DNA from: Mobula hypostoma | Taxonomy: Eukaryota | Direction of reading: 5' to 3' | Length of the DNA stretch: 64,000 bases | NCBI RefSeq assembly: GCF_963921235.1 | Contig: NC_086097.1 | Location: forward strand, 110,982,001 to 111,046,000 | Shown here: positions 13,101-24,147 of the stretch, in pieces | Layout: each line of letters begins with the position of its first letter | Position numbering within the stretch: position 1 is the first letter of the stretch | Position numbers and translations under genes: made by a program | The notes under the pieces: model-generated | The model's input: the letters and a program-made list of their open reading frames with translations, nothing else | Databases searched by the model: none | Told to the model about the DNA's origin: nothing

Positions 13101-13742
13101 AGCGCTAAAAAAACAGGTAAAACTCTCTCCACCAGCATGTAGAGAGGGTGCAGCTTCAACGTGTTACCGTGAGAAAAAAAATACAACAAATAACTAAGTT
13201 GAAAAGTTTAAGAGTAAGAAACTATGGAGCAACTGTAACCGGCTGCATGCACGACCGGCGCATGCGCACAAAGCACAAGATATCGCGGTCCTTGGCACCA
13301 GGGAGGCAACAGACCATCCAGGATTCTCAATCTCTTCCACAGAACCTCTTATCTGTCCCCCTAACTATCGAATCCCCTATCACTGCTGCTCTTTTCCCTC
13401 CTTCCCTTCTGAGCTGAGGGTCCACTCTCGGTGCCAGAGACACAACCACTGCAACTTGTCCCTGGTAGGTCGTCCCCATCATCAGTATCCAAAATGACAT
13501 ACTTATTATTGGTGGGGATGGCCACAGAGGTGCTCTGCTCATTCTGTCTATTCCCTTCCCTCTCCTGACAGTCACCCGGCTACCTGTCTCCTGACTCTTA
13601 GGGGTGACTATCTCCCTGTAACTCCTGTCTATTTCTGCCTCTGCCTCCCGAATGATCCGAAGTTCATCCAGCTCCAGTTCCCTAACTGGGTTTGTAAGGA
13701 GCTGCAGCTGGATGCACCTTTTACAGGTGTAGTCATCAGGGA
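7143..13742 (-). mobile_element. Degraded near-full-length CR1 LINE (ORF1 esterase, endonuclease, RT), split at 9996-13277
   Basis: ORF1 pieces 13327-13758 and 9581-9940 (GDSIVRG; DGLHLN), YYRPPN/GDFN endonuclease, KYADDTK RT, (TATGGTTA)-type tail at 7143. Confidence 0.85.
9996..13277 (-). mobile_element. Full-length single-ORF Rex1/Babar-like LINE (AP endonuclease + RT), frameshifted
   Basis: ORFs 12566-12763, 10819-12522 and 10127-10975 with FTEMWL, GDFNQ, SDH, FFDFSSAFNTI, KFSDDSA; (ATGACT)n tail; agata TSD (9991-9995, 13278-13282) restores the host CR1 ORF1. Confidence 0.88.
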
Positions 13743-14373
13743 TCATTCCTGGGATCATTCTTGTGAACCTCCTCTGGACTTACCCAATTCCAGCACATCT
13801 CCTCTTAGAAAAAGAGGCACAAAACAGCTCACAAATTCCAACTATGGTCTGGCCAATGCCTTATAAAGCCTCAGCATTACATACTACTTTTGTATTCTAG
13901 TCCTTTTGAAATGAATGTTATCATCACGTTTGCCTTCCTTATCACTGACTCAACCTGCAAGTTAACCTTCAGGGAATCCTGCACGAGGATTACCAAGCCC
14001 TCTGCACCTCTGATTTTTAAAATTTTCTCTCTATTTACAAAATACCCTAAGCCTCTATTCCTTCTGCCAAAGTGCATGACCATGCACTTCCCTACACTAT
14101 ATTCCATCTGCTATTCTGTTACCCATTCCCTCAATCTGTCTATGTCCTTCGTCGACTTCCTGCAGCCAAACAGCAAAGTTCCCTTTTATTCCCCGCTCTT
14201 TGCCTCTTGCCAGTCAGCCAATCTTCTACTTATGCAAGTACCTTTCCATGGCCTCTTATTGTTAAGCAGCCTCATGTGCGACACCTTATCAAAGACCTTC
14301 TGAAAATACAAATAAAGAACATTCACTTCATTTGTCCATCCACATTCACTTCATTTGTCCATATTTCCACATA

Positions 14374-14769
14374 CAAGGGGTGATTGATAAGTTTGTGGCC
14401 TAAGGTAGAAGGAGTCAATTTTAGAAAACCTAGCACATTTATTTTTCAACATAGTCCCCTCCTACATTTACACACTTAGCCCAGCGGTCGTGGAGCATAC
14501 GGATCTTGGACCTCTAGAAGGTGTCCACAGCAGGGGTGACTGATAAGTTTGTGGCCTAAGGCAGAAGGAGATGAGTTGTACATCTCTCATTACATGCAGT
14601 TCAACTCTTTTAGTGATTATGCAGGAAGTTTGAAGTTAATAACTCAATGGGGTGATTGATAAGTTCGTCGCCTAAGGTAGAAGGAGATAAGTTATGAAAA
14701 ATAAATGTGCGAGGTTTTCTAAAATTGACTCCTTCTACCTTTGGCTACGAACTTATCTATCTTCCCTCG
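14374..14769. mobile_element. Tc1/mariner-type MITE
   Basis: About 70-bp TIRs starting CAAGGGGTGATTGATAAG and ending CTTATCTATCTTCCCTCG; TA on both sides; two internal copies of the terminal motif. Confidence 0.85.
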
Positions 14770-15137
14770 TAAAGTTCCAACAGATTTATCAGGGAAAATC
14801 TCCCCTTTAGAAAACACCGTTGGCCTATTTTATCATGTGCTTCCAAGTACCCTGAAAACTCATGCTTAACAATAGACTCCAATGTCTTTCCAACCACAGA
14901 AGTCAGGTTAACTGGCCTATGACTATGACTGTGTGGCTAAGTATAGCTCCAACACCATATTCAAATTTGCTGATGACATCACTGTTGTCATAATGGCAGC
15001 GTAGTTTGCGGGCTGCGGAGTGAGCCGGGAGCAGAGTGAAGACCTAAGGGCTTCAGCTCACCGGGCTTAGGCGGAAGCGGGCGAGGCGAGGAAGGTTTGA
15101 CATTCATTTTCTGCTGTTATTTGAGGAGAGGGGCATT

Positions 15138-16073
15138 ATGACTGTGAGGGCAGTTTGCTGTTCTCGGTGTTGGATGTGGGAGGCCCTGGAGTCTCCAAGC
15201 CTCCCGGACGTCTACATCTGCGCCAAGTGCATCGAAATGCAGCTCCTAAGGGACTGCGTTACGGAACTGGAGCTGCAGCTCAATGACCTTCGTCTGGTCA
15301 GGGAGAGTGAGGAGGTGATAGAGAGGAGTGGAAGGCAGGTGGTCACGCCGGGGCCACGGGAGGCAGACAAGTGGGTCACGGTTAGGAGGGGGAAGGGGAA
15401 AAGTCAGGTGATGGGGAGTACCCCGGTGGCTGTGCCCCTTAACAACAGGTACTCCTGTTTGAGTACTGTTGGGGGGGACAGCTTACCCGGGGGAAGCGAC
15501 AGTGGCCGTGCCTCCGGCACAGAGTCTGGCCCTGTAGCTCAGAAGGGTAGGGCAAGAAAGAGGAGGGCAGTTGTGATAGGGGATTCGATAGTAAGGGGGT
15601 CAGATAGGCGATTCTGTGGACGCAGTCCAGAGACCCGGATGGTAGTTTGTCTCCCTGGTGCCAGGGTCCGGGATATTTCTGATCGTGTCCAAGATATCCT
15701 GAAGTGGGAGGGTGAGGAGCCAGAAGTCGTGGTACATATAGGTACCAATGACATAGGTAGGAAAAGGGATGAGGTCCTGAAAGGAGAATATAGGGAGCGA
15801 GGAAGGGAGTTGAGAAAAAGGACCGCAAAGGTAGTAATCTCGGGATTACTGCCTGTGCCACGTGACAGTGAGAGTAGGAATGCGATGAGGTGGAGGATAA
15901 ATGCGTGGCTGAGGGATTGGAGCAGGGGGCAGGGATTCAAGTTTTTGGATCATTGGGACCTCTTTTGGCACAGGCGTGACCTGTACAAAAAGGATGGGTT
16001 ACACTTGAATCCTAGGGGGACCAATATCCTGGCAGGGAGATTAGCGGGGGCTACTGAGGTGACTTTAAACTAG
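15138..16073 (+). CDS. CR1 ORF1p: N-terminal Cys motif/coiled coil + SGNH esterase-like domain
   Basis: 311 aa; CSRC...CAKC, GDSIVRG, HIGTND, DGLHLN motifs. Confidence 0.9.
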   Translation: MTVRAVCCSRCWMWEALESPSLPDVYICAKCIEMQLLRDCVTELELQLNDLRLVRESEEVIERSGRQVVTPGPREADKWVTVRRGKGKSQVMGSTPVAVPLNNRYSCLSTVGGDSLPGGSDSGRASGTESGPVAQKGRARKRRAVVIGDSIVRGSDRRFCGRSPETRMVVCLPGARVRDISDRVQDILKWEGEEPEVVVHIGTNDIGRKRDEVLKGEYRERGRELRKRTAKVVISGLLPVPRDSESRNAMRWRINAWLRDWSRGQGFKFLDHWDLFWHRRDLYKKDGLHLNPRGTNILAGRLAGATEVTLN

Positions 16074-19000
16074 AATGGTTGGGGGGTGGGAATCAAATTA
16101 AAGAGGCTAGGCGTGAGGAGGTTAGTTCACAACAGGGGGATGGGAACCAGTGCAGAGAGACAGAGGGGTGTAAAGTGAGGGTAGAAGAAAAAAGTACAAA
16201 GGAGAAAAGTAAAAGTGGCAGGCCGACAAATCCAGAGCAAGCATTAAAAAGGGCCAATTTTCAACATAATTGTATAAGGGCTAAGAGAGTTGTAAAAGAG
16301 CGCCTGAAGGCTTTATGTGTCAATGCAAGGAGCATTCGTAATAAGGTGGATGAGTTGAAAGTGGAGATTGTTATTAATGATTATGATATAGTTGGGATCA
16401 CAGAGACATGGCTCCAGGGTGACCAGGGATGGGAGCTCAACGTTCAGGGATATTCAATATTCAGGAGGGATAGACATGAAGGAAGGGGAGGTGGGGTGGC
16501 GTTGCTGGTTAAAGAAGAGATTAACGCAATAGAAAGGAAGGACATAAGCCAGGAAGATGTGGAATCGATATGGGTAGAGCTGCGTAATACTAAGGGGCAG
16601 AAGACGCTCGTGGGAGTTGTGTACAGGCCACCTAACAGTAGTAGTGAGGTCGGAGATGGTATTAAACAGGAAATTAGAAATGTGTGCAATAAAGGAACAG
16701 CAGTTATAATGGGTGACTTCAATCTACATGTAGACTGGGTGAACCAAATTGGTAAAGGTGCTGAGGAAGAGGATTTCTTGGAATGTATGCGGGATGGATT
16801 TTTGAACCAACATGTCGAGGAACCAACTAGAGAGCAGGCTATTCTGGACTGGGTTTTGAGCAATGAGGAAGGGTTAATTAGCGATCTTGTTGTGAGAGGC
16901 CCCTTGGGTAAGAGTGACCATAATATGGTGGAATTCTTCATTAAGATGGAGAGTGACATAGTTAATTCAGAAACAAAGGTTCTGAACTTAAAGAGGGGTA
17001 ACTTTGAAGGTATGAGACGTGAATTAGCTAAGATAGACTGGCAAATGACACTTAAAGGATTGACGGTGGATATGCAATGGCAAGCATTTAAAGGTTGCAT
17101 GGATGAACTACAACAATTGTTCATCCCAGTTTGGCAAAAGAATAAATCAAGGAAGGTAGTGCACCCGTGGCTGACAAGAGAAATTAGGGATAGTATCAAT
17201 TCCAAAGAAGAAGCATACAAATTAGCCAGAAAAAGTGGCTCACCTGAGGACTGGGAGAAATTCAGTGTTCAGCAGAGGAGGACAAAGGGCTTAATTAGGA
17301 AGGGGAAAAAAGATTATGAGAGAAAACTGGCAGGGAACATAAAAACGGACTGTAAAAGCTTTTATAGATATGTAAAAAGGAAAAGACTGGTAAAGACAAA
17401 TGTAGGTCCCCTGCAGACAGAAACAGGTGAATTGATTATGGGGAGCAAGGACGTGGCAGACCAATTGAATAATTACTTTGGTTCTGTCTTCACTAAGGAG
17501 GACATAAATAATCTTCCAGAAATAGTAAGGGACAGAGGGTCCAGTGAGATGGAGGAACTGAGCGAAATACATGTTAGTAGGGAAGTGGTGTTAGGTAAAT
17601 TGAAGGGATTGAAGGCAGATAAATCCCCGATGGTCAGATGGTCTGCATCCTAGAGTGCTTAAGGAAGTAGCCCAAGAAATAGTGGATGCATTAGTGATAA
17701 TTTTTCAAAACTCGTTAGATTCTGGACTAGTTCCTGAGGATTGGAGGGTGGCTAATGTAACCCCACTTTTTAAAAAAGGAGGGAGAGAGAAACCGGGGAA
17801 TTATAGACCGGTTAGCCTAATGTCGGTGGTGGGGAAACTGCTGGAGTCAGTTATCAAGGATGTGATAACAGCACATTTGGAAAGCGGTGAAATGATCGGA
17901 CAAAGTCAGCATGGATTTGTGAACGGAAAATCATGTCTGACGAATCTCATAGAATTTTTTGAGGATGTAACTAGTAGAGTGGATAGGGGAGAACCAGTGG
18001 ATGTGGTATATTTGGATTTTCAAAAGGCTTTTGACAAGGTCCCACACAGGAGATTAGTGTGCAAACTTAAAGCACACGGTATTGGGGGTAAGGTATTGGT
18101 GTGGGTGGAGAATTGGTTAGCAGACAGGAAGCAAAGAGTGGGAATAAACGGGACCTTTTCAGAATGGCAGGCGGTGACTAGTGGGGTACCGCAAGGCTCA
18201 GTGCTGGGACCCCAGTTGTTTACAATATATATTAATGACTTGGATGAGGGAATTAAATGCAGCATCTCCAAGTTTGCAGATGACACGAAGCTGGGTGGCA
18301 GTGTTAGCTGTGAGGAGGATGCTAAGAGGATGCAGGGTGACTTGGATAGGTTGGGTGAGTGGGCAAATTCATGGCAGATGCAATTTAATGTGGATAAATG
18401 TGAAGTTATCCACTTTGGTGGCAAAAATAGGAAAACAGATTATTATCTGAATGGTGGCCGATTAGGAAAAGGGGAGGTGCAACGAGACCTGGGTGTCATT
18501 ATACACCAGTCATTGAAAGTGGGCATGCAGGTACAGCAGGCAGTGAAAAAGGCGAATGGTATGCTGGCATTTATAGCGAGAGGATTCGAGTACAGGAGCA
18601 GGGAGGTACTACTGCAGTTGTACAAGGCCTTGGTGAGACCACACCTGGAGTATTGTGTGCAGTTTTGGTCCCCTAATCTGAGGAAAGACATCTTTGCCAT
18701 AGAGGGAGTACAAAGAAGGTTCACCAGATTGATTCCTGGGTTGGCAGGACTTTCACATGAAGAAAGACTGGATGAACTGGGCTTGTACTCGTTGGAATTT
18801 AGAAGATTGAGGGGGGATCTGATTGAAACGTATAAGATCCTAAAGGGATTGGACAGGCTAGACGCAGGAAGATTGTTCCCGATGTTGGGGAAGTCCAGAA
18901 CGAGGGGCCACAGTTTGAGGATAGAGGGGAAGCCTTTTAGGACCAAGATTAGGAACAACTTCTTCACACAGAGAGTGGTGAATCTGTGGAATTCTCTGCC

Positions 19001-19112
19001 ACAGGAAGCTGTTGAGGCCAGTTCATTGGCTATATTTAAGAGGGAGTTAGATATGGTCCTTGTGGCTACGGGGGTCAGGGGGTATGGAGGGAAGGCTGGG
19101 GCAGGGTTCTGA
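16058..19112 (+). pseudogene. CR1 ORF2 (AP endonuclease + reverse transcriptase) with a single +1 frameshift near 17630
   Basis: NARSIRNK, ITETWL, GDFN, SDH; then YLDFQKAFD, PQGSVLGP, FADD. The KSPGPDGLHPRVLKE motif is broken by one extra base. Confidence 0.9.
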
Positions 19113-19210
19113 GTTGGATGATCAGCCATGATCATAATAAATGGCGGTGCAGGCTCGAAGGGCCGAATGGCCTACTCCTGCACCTATTTTCTATGTTTCT
19201 ATGTTTCTAT

Positions 19211-20048
19211 AACAATAACCTCTCACGCAATGTCAGCAAGAACAAGGAACCGATTGTGGACTTCAGGAAAGGGAAATCAGCAATCCATGAGCCAGTCCTT
19301 GTCAGAGAACCAGAGGCTGACAGGGTCAGTAACTTTAAATTCCTGCATGTCATTATCTCAGAGGACCTCTCTTGGACCCAGCATATAAATGTACTTGCAA
19401 AGAAAGTACGACAGACCCTCCACTTCCTCAAACGTCTGTGGAGATTTGGCATGAGATCAAAAACCTTGACAAACTTCTATAGATGTGTAGTGGAATGTAT
19501 ATGACCGGCTGCATTACAGACTGGTATGGGAACATCAATGCCTTTGAACAGAAAACTCCTAAAAAAGGTAGTGGATTTAGACAGTGCATCACAGGTAAAG
19601 CTCTCCTTGCCATTGAGCATATCTGCATGAAACACTGTCAAAGGAAAGCAGCGTCCATCAAAGATCCTCCCAGGCCATACAGTTTTCTTGCTACTACCAT
19701 CAGGTAGAAGGTACAAAAGCCCCAGGACTCACACCACCAGGTTCGAGAATAGTTTCTACCCCTCAACCATCAGGCTTTTAAACAAAAGGGGATAACTACA
19801 TTCATCTATAGAGACGTTCCTACAACATATGATCTTACTTTAAGGACTCTATCTTGTTATTCCATGCTCTGTTCATTTATTGCTATTTATTTACATTTGT
19901 ATGGTCTGTCTTCTCTTCTCCTGCTCTTTATTGATCCTGTTTACAATTACTGTTCTATAGATTTGCTGAGTATGCCTGCAGGAAAAAGAATCCCAGGGAT
20001 GCACGTGGTGACATGTATGTACTCTGATAATAAATTGTACTTTGAACT
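19211..20048 (+). mobile_element. Degraded Rex/L2-like LINE 3' part (upstream piece at 14921-14993)
   Basis: KFADDITV before the CR1; NNNLSRNVSKNKEPIVDFRK...LTNFYRCVVE after it. Confidence 0.7.
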
Positions 20049-20049
20049 T

Positions 20050-21998
20050 TCATTTCCTTTTTTTCTGCCTCCCTCCCTTTTAAAGAGTGGAGTGATATTC
20101 GCAATTTTCTAGTCTTCAGAAACTATTCCAGAATCTTGTGATTCTTGAAAGAACATTACTACTGCCTCCACAGTCTCTTCAGCTGCCTCTTGCAGAACTC
20201 TGGGGTATAAGTCACGATTGCCTCATCCTCCCTTTAGAATACTTCTTCCTCTTTGGGATGCACCTTTTTTGTACCCTCTGAATTTCTTCCAGAAACACCA
20301 ACCATTGCTGTCATCTCTGCTAGTAACCCCTTCCAATCAACTTTGGCCAGCCCCTCTCTCAAGCCTTTAATTGCCTTTACTCTAATACTGATCCAATTTT
20401 AGTTTTCCCTTCTCAAACTGCAGGGTAAGTTCTATCATATTATGATCACTGCCTAAGGTTTCCTTTATCTTAAGCATCCTAATTAAATCTGGGTCATTAC
20501 ATAACATCCAATACAGAACTGCCGTCCCCTTGTGGGCTTGACCATACGCTGCTCTAAAAAGCCATCTCATAGACAATTTACAAATTCCTTCTCTTGGGAG
20601 CCAAATCCAACCGTTATCCACCATTATTGCAATATTGCCCTTTTCACATATGTTTTCTTATTGTAATTTGTAGCCAAAATCCTGGCTACTGTTCAAAGGC
20701 CTGTATATAACACCCATCAGGGTCTTTTTACCCTTACACTTTCTTAATCCTATCCACAAGAATTCTACATCTTCCATTCCTATGTCACCTCTTTCCAAGG
20801 ATTTGATATAATCTTTTACCAATATAATCTACCCCTCTGCCTACTTGCCTGTACTTTCAATACAACGCATATCCTTGAATGTTAAGCTCCCAATTACGAT
20901 TTTCTTTCAACCATGACTCTGAAATAGCCAAGACATTATACCTGCCAATCTCTAAAGGCCGATTTATACTTGTGCGTACTAGCTTACACCGTAGCCTACG
21001 CAAGTGGGCAACACTGTTGTGAGCATTTATACTGTGTGTTGGTGTGTCTGCATCGCTCTGCAATTCACCGCCAAAACGCTAGTTGGCGGTGGGGTTTCTA
21101 TGCCACTGTGTTGAGTTTCTTTGTGTTGAAACTCAACATGAAGAAACTCAAACTTCAAACAATGGCGACTGAAACTGAAGGTGGGTGAATTTTCTGTGTT
21201 TGTCCGGCTACTGAGAGACATGGACGAGGAAATGCATTTCAAATATTTTTGGATGTCGGCGGGTAGATTTGACGATTTGGTTCATCAACTCCAACCATTT
21301 ATTTTGCATCAGCGTAAGCACAGTATGCTCAGAGACTGGCAATCACCATTCGAGTTTTAGCTTCAGGTGGAAGTCAACAGGCTGTAGCAGCTAGCTACAA
21401 ACTGGCGTCAAGCACAGGGTCCTCCATAATTTCAGAGGTCTGTAAAGCTTTATGGAAGCATTGCAGCCCTTCAGTCGCCCAATGGGAAGCTATTGCAGCG
21501 TAGGAGGAAATGCGATGCTACCAAGTGGACCAATCACAGTTGTTTTGGTCTGCATCGCCGCAATGCGCAGTTACATTTTGGGAGAGGTGCGCGTTAGGCT
21601 ACGGCGTAGGGTACGCGACTATGCCGTACCTACGGCATACATTTGACGCACAAGTATAAATCAGCCTTAACTGCGCCACTAGATCACCTACCTTATTCTG
21701 TTAACTGTGTATTCAAATGTAACACCTTCAGTCCTGTACTTAATCACCCTTTTTGATTCTCCCCCCCATTATATTGCAACTCAACCCACTGACTGCAAAT
21801 TTGCCCTATCAATAGCCTGTCCTTCCTCACATATCACTACACACTGCATCTAGTTGTACACCAAATGCCTGATCTTCAGCCCTATCACTCCAATTCTCAT
21901 TACCATGCCAAATTAGATTAAAACCTCCCCATCAGCTCCAGCAAACCTGCCTACAAAGAAATCAGTGCTCCTTGGGTTCAGGTATAACCCATCCCTTT
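20050..21998 (-). mobile_element. Degraded CR1 LINE (ORF1 end + endonuclease), split by a Harbinger element
   Basis: ISESWLK and LGSDHNMI peptides; flanks rejoin across the TAA TSD. Confidence 0.7.
20956..21667 (+). mobile_element. Non-autonomous PIF/Harbinger element with N-terminal transposase remnant (~21184-21460)
   Basis: TIRs AGGCCGATTTATACTTGTGCGT / ACGCACAAGTATAAATCAGCCT; TAA TSD; peptide [15 protein letters not shown]...[14 protein letters not shown]...[12 protein letters not shown]. Confidence 0.9.
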
Positions 21999-22391
21999 TG
22001 TCTCCATGTACATGTCATAAATAAATCTTAATCACTATTAAATAAGTGTGCTGCATTGGGATTCACCAAGAAGGCCATGGATGATGGTGATATCAGTATG
22101 GGGTAAGTTAATATTTTTGGAACTATTGATGTCAAGGAGGTGGCATTTTGGATAAGGGGGTGCTCAATCTGTATCTATTTCTTACTGCAATTTATAGTTT
22201 TTTTAAAATTGTGTATTGCACTGGTTAAATCTGATTCTGTGATCCTGGTAAAACCTCTACATCCTTTCTGAACGCTCCAAATCCTTCTAGTAATGAGGCC
22301 ACCAGAATTGGACACAGTATTCTAAATGTGTACTTAGTTTTAAGTTTCATTATATCAACAGTTTGCAAGAAAAAAAAATCAGTTTTCTTAC

Positions 22392-22570
22392 TTTCATTAT
22401 ATTTACAGCTTCCTGCTTAACTCGTCTAAGTTCCTGTTGCAAGTTCTTCCGTTCTTCTTCACCTGCTTCTTCTACAGCTGATATACGCTTTTCCATTTCT
22501 TCCTTCAGCCTTCTATATTTGTCTTCTGATTTCTGAGCTGCAGCTAGTGCTTTTTCAAGCTCTTCAAATG
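22392..22570 (-). CDS. GOLGA4: GOLGA4 internal coding exon, 179 nt, phase 1-0
   Basis: ttctttctttcaccag|CA TTT GAA...ATG AAA|gtaag; split codon G+CA=Ala joins the previous exon; translates AFEELEKALAAAQKSEDKYRRLKEEMEKRISAVEEAGEEERKNLQQELRRVKQEAVNIMK. Confidence 0.93.
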
Positions 22571-23779
22571 CTGGTGAAAGAAAGAAAAAATTTCTAATAA
22601 ATGTCTGAATTTCAGGCAGATTTTTTTTTAACAAAAGAAATTCTAAAGCATTAAAATGAATAGCCTAGTAAAATTCAGCCATAAGTTTCTCTTATCTCCA
22701 AATTGATTAACAGTAAAGCATCAGGCTGTGGCAGTAATCATTACAATTAAAGTATGAACCAGATGTCATTCACTATCAAAAGCTGAAATTACTCAAAGTG
22801 TAGTTGGCCAGATGATGCCTTGCAGTATGGTATTAGGAAAACAAACTGAGGGAAAGAGGGCAGAGAAATATTTATGCTAATGTTGCATTGCTTCATCAAT
22901 GGGAGTTTGATTTACAAATGGTGTTCCCAATCTTTGGAAAAGAAAATATAAATTTACAATTCTGAACAGATTTTTTCTTTGAAAGATGAAGTAAAAACTA
23001 AGATTAAGATTTATTTTTATTGCATGGGATTGATTCAAACTTGGGACACCTGATCTTATTCAACCAACTTAATAAAAACTATCTGAAACCAAAATTGTTC
23101 TTGGAATTTAGGAAGGGAATAATTAAAAGTTATGTGACTAATTCTGCATAAAAATAAATAAAATCGTTGAACCTGGCCTTTTAATTTCAAAACACACATG
23201 GCACCGTTACTGCTTGCGCAAGGTGGACTGCATCTACTTAATACCCAATAAGTCACTTTATCTACAATTTCTGAAGGGTTTAAACTGTGACATTGCTTTT
23301 TCCACAACATACAGCAGATACACATTTGCTCTGCTTCTGTATGAATCACATTTATATTTTAAAATATGCCTAGCTATATTTAATTGATAAAGTAATGGAT
23401 ATAATTGAAATGTGCTATCAATTACTTTGCTTTTCATTCTGTAATAACATTAGCTAAATTTACAGTTCCTCAAATTAAAAGCTCAGTTAATTTGTTTAGC
23501 TCATTTTTCACTGTAAAACAGTGGGAAAATGGTGAAAAAGCTTAATTTTTTTAAAAATATTACAAAAGAACCCATCTCCATCTAAAGCACCAGAATACCA
23601 ACACCCAGTGCACAGCCAAGATGTTTGCAGCTATTTCAACTATAACGCCACCTGTCAGGACTCCATTCAAATCCTCCAATTCCATTGTCTGTCATATCTA
23701 TCTACTGACAAGACTATCTATTCATGTGCTCTAAGTGTATTGGTTCTTTCTTAATACCTAATTAACTTGTATTGAGCTC

Positions 23780-24147
23780 AAAAGCTTTGTCAACCACACG
23801 TCATCCACTTGGTTCTTTTTACTTTTGACCATGTCTACTCTCTGTAAGGATAGAGATCCCCTGGTCCTCATCTTCAACAGATTATCCTTTGCTATTTCCA
23901 TAACTATGAATTAGATTCCACTACCAGACACATCCAATCCATCCCTTCCCTTTCAGCCCCTTCACCTCTACTGCCCTTCTCACAACTTCCCAGAGCAACA
24001 CTGGATATATACAAATTTATCTGATTACTCCCATCATTTAGGAACTCAAACAGTCCTTTCCTGTGAAGTCATGGCCTTCCATATCACACGGTCTCCAATA
24101 CATTGGAGAGGTCAAATGAAAATCAGATGACAGCTTTGTGAAGTAAT
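23780..24147 (+). mobile_element. Old Penelope-like ORF remnant
   Basis: DRDPLVLI and LQYIGEVK segments resemble the PLE C-terminus at 33812-34400. Confidence 0.45.

Larger units (their letters stand above)
6700..14920 (-). mobile_element. Older CR1 LINE split into 6700-7142 and 13743-14920 by later insertions
   Basis: CR1 RT peptides (FFSQRVVNLWNSL; MEYSVGKCMVMHFG); halves rejoin at tttcatt|cctgggatcattc with a tcatt duplication. Confidence 0.75.
14994..19210 (+). mobile_element. Full-length, young CR1 LINE
   Basis: GC-rich 5' UTR, intact ORF1, ORF2 with one frameshift, (TTTCTATG)n tail; interrupts an older Rex/L2-like RT fragment. Confidence 0.95.

Noticed and set aside
14374..14769. CRISPR-like repeat-spacer array
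   Set aside because: Eukaryotic context, terminal copy is inverted, TA TSD, no cas genes; this is a MITE.
15138..19112. Prokaryotic RT system (retron, DGR, group II intron) with esterase partner
   Set aside because: ORF1 esterase + AP endonuclease-RT + microsatellite tail is standard CR1 architecture.
16444..19135. Long antisense ORFs over LINE coding regions
   Set aside because: Shadow ORFs of conserved RT/endonuclease frames, recurring in each copy without independent motifs.
22350..22634. 94-aa ORF as a standalone gene
   Set aside because: Only 22392-22570 is exon; the rest is intronic read-through past the splice sites.
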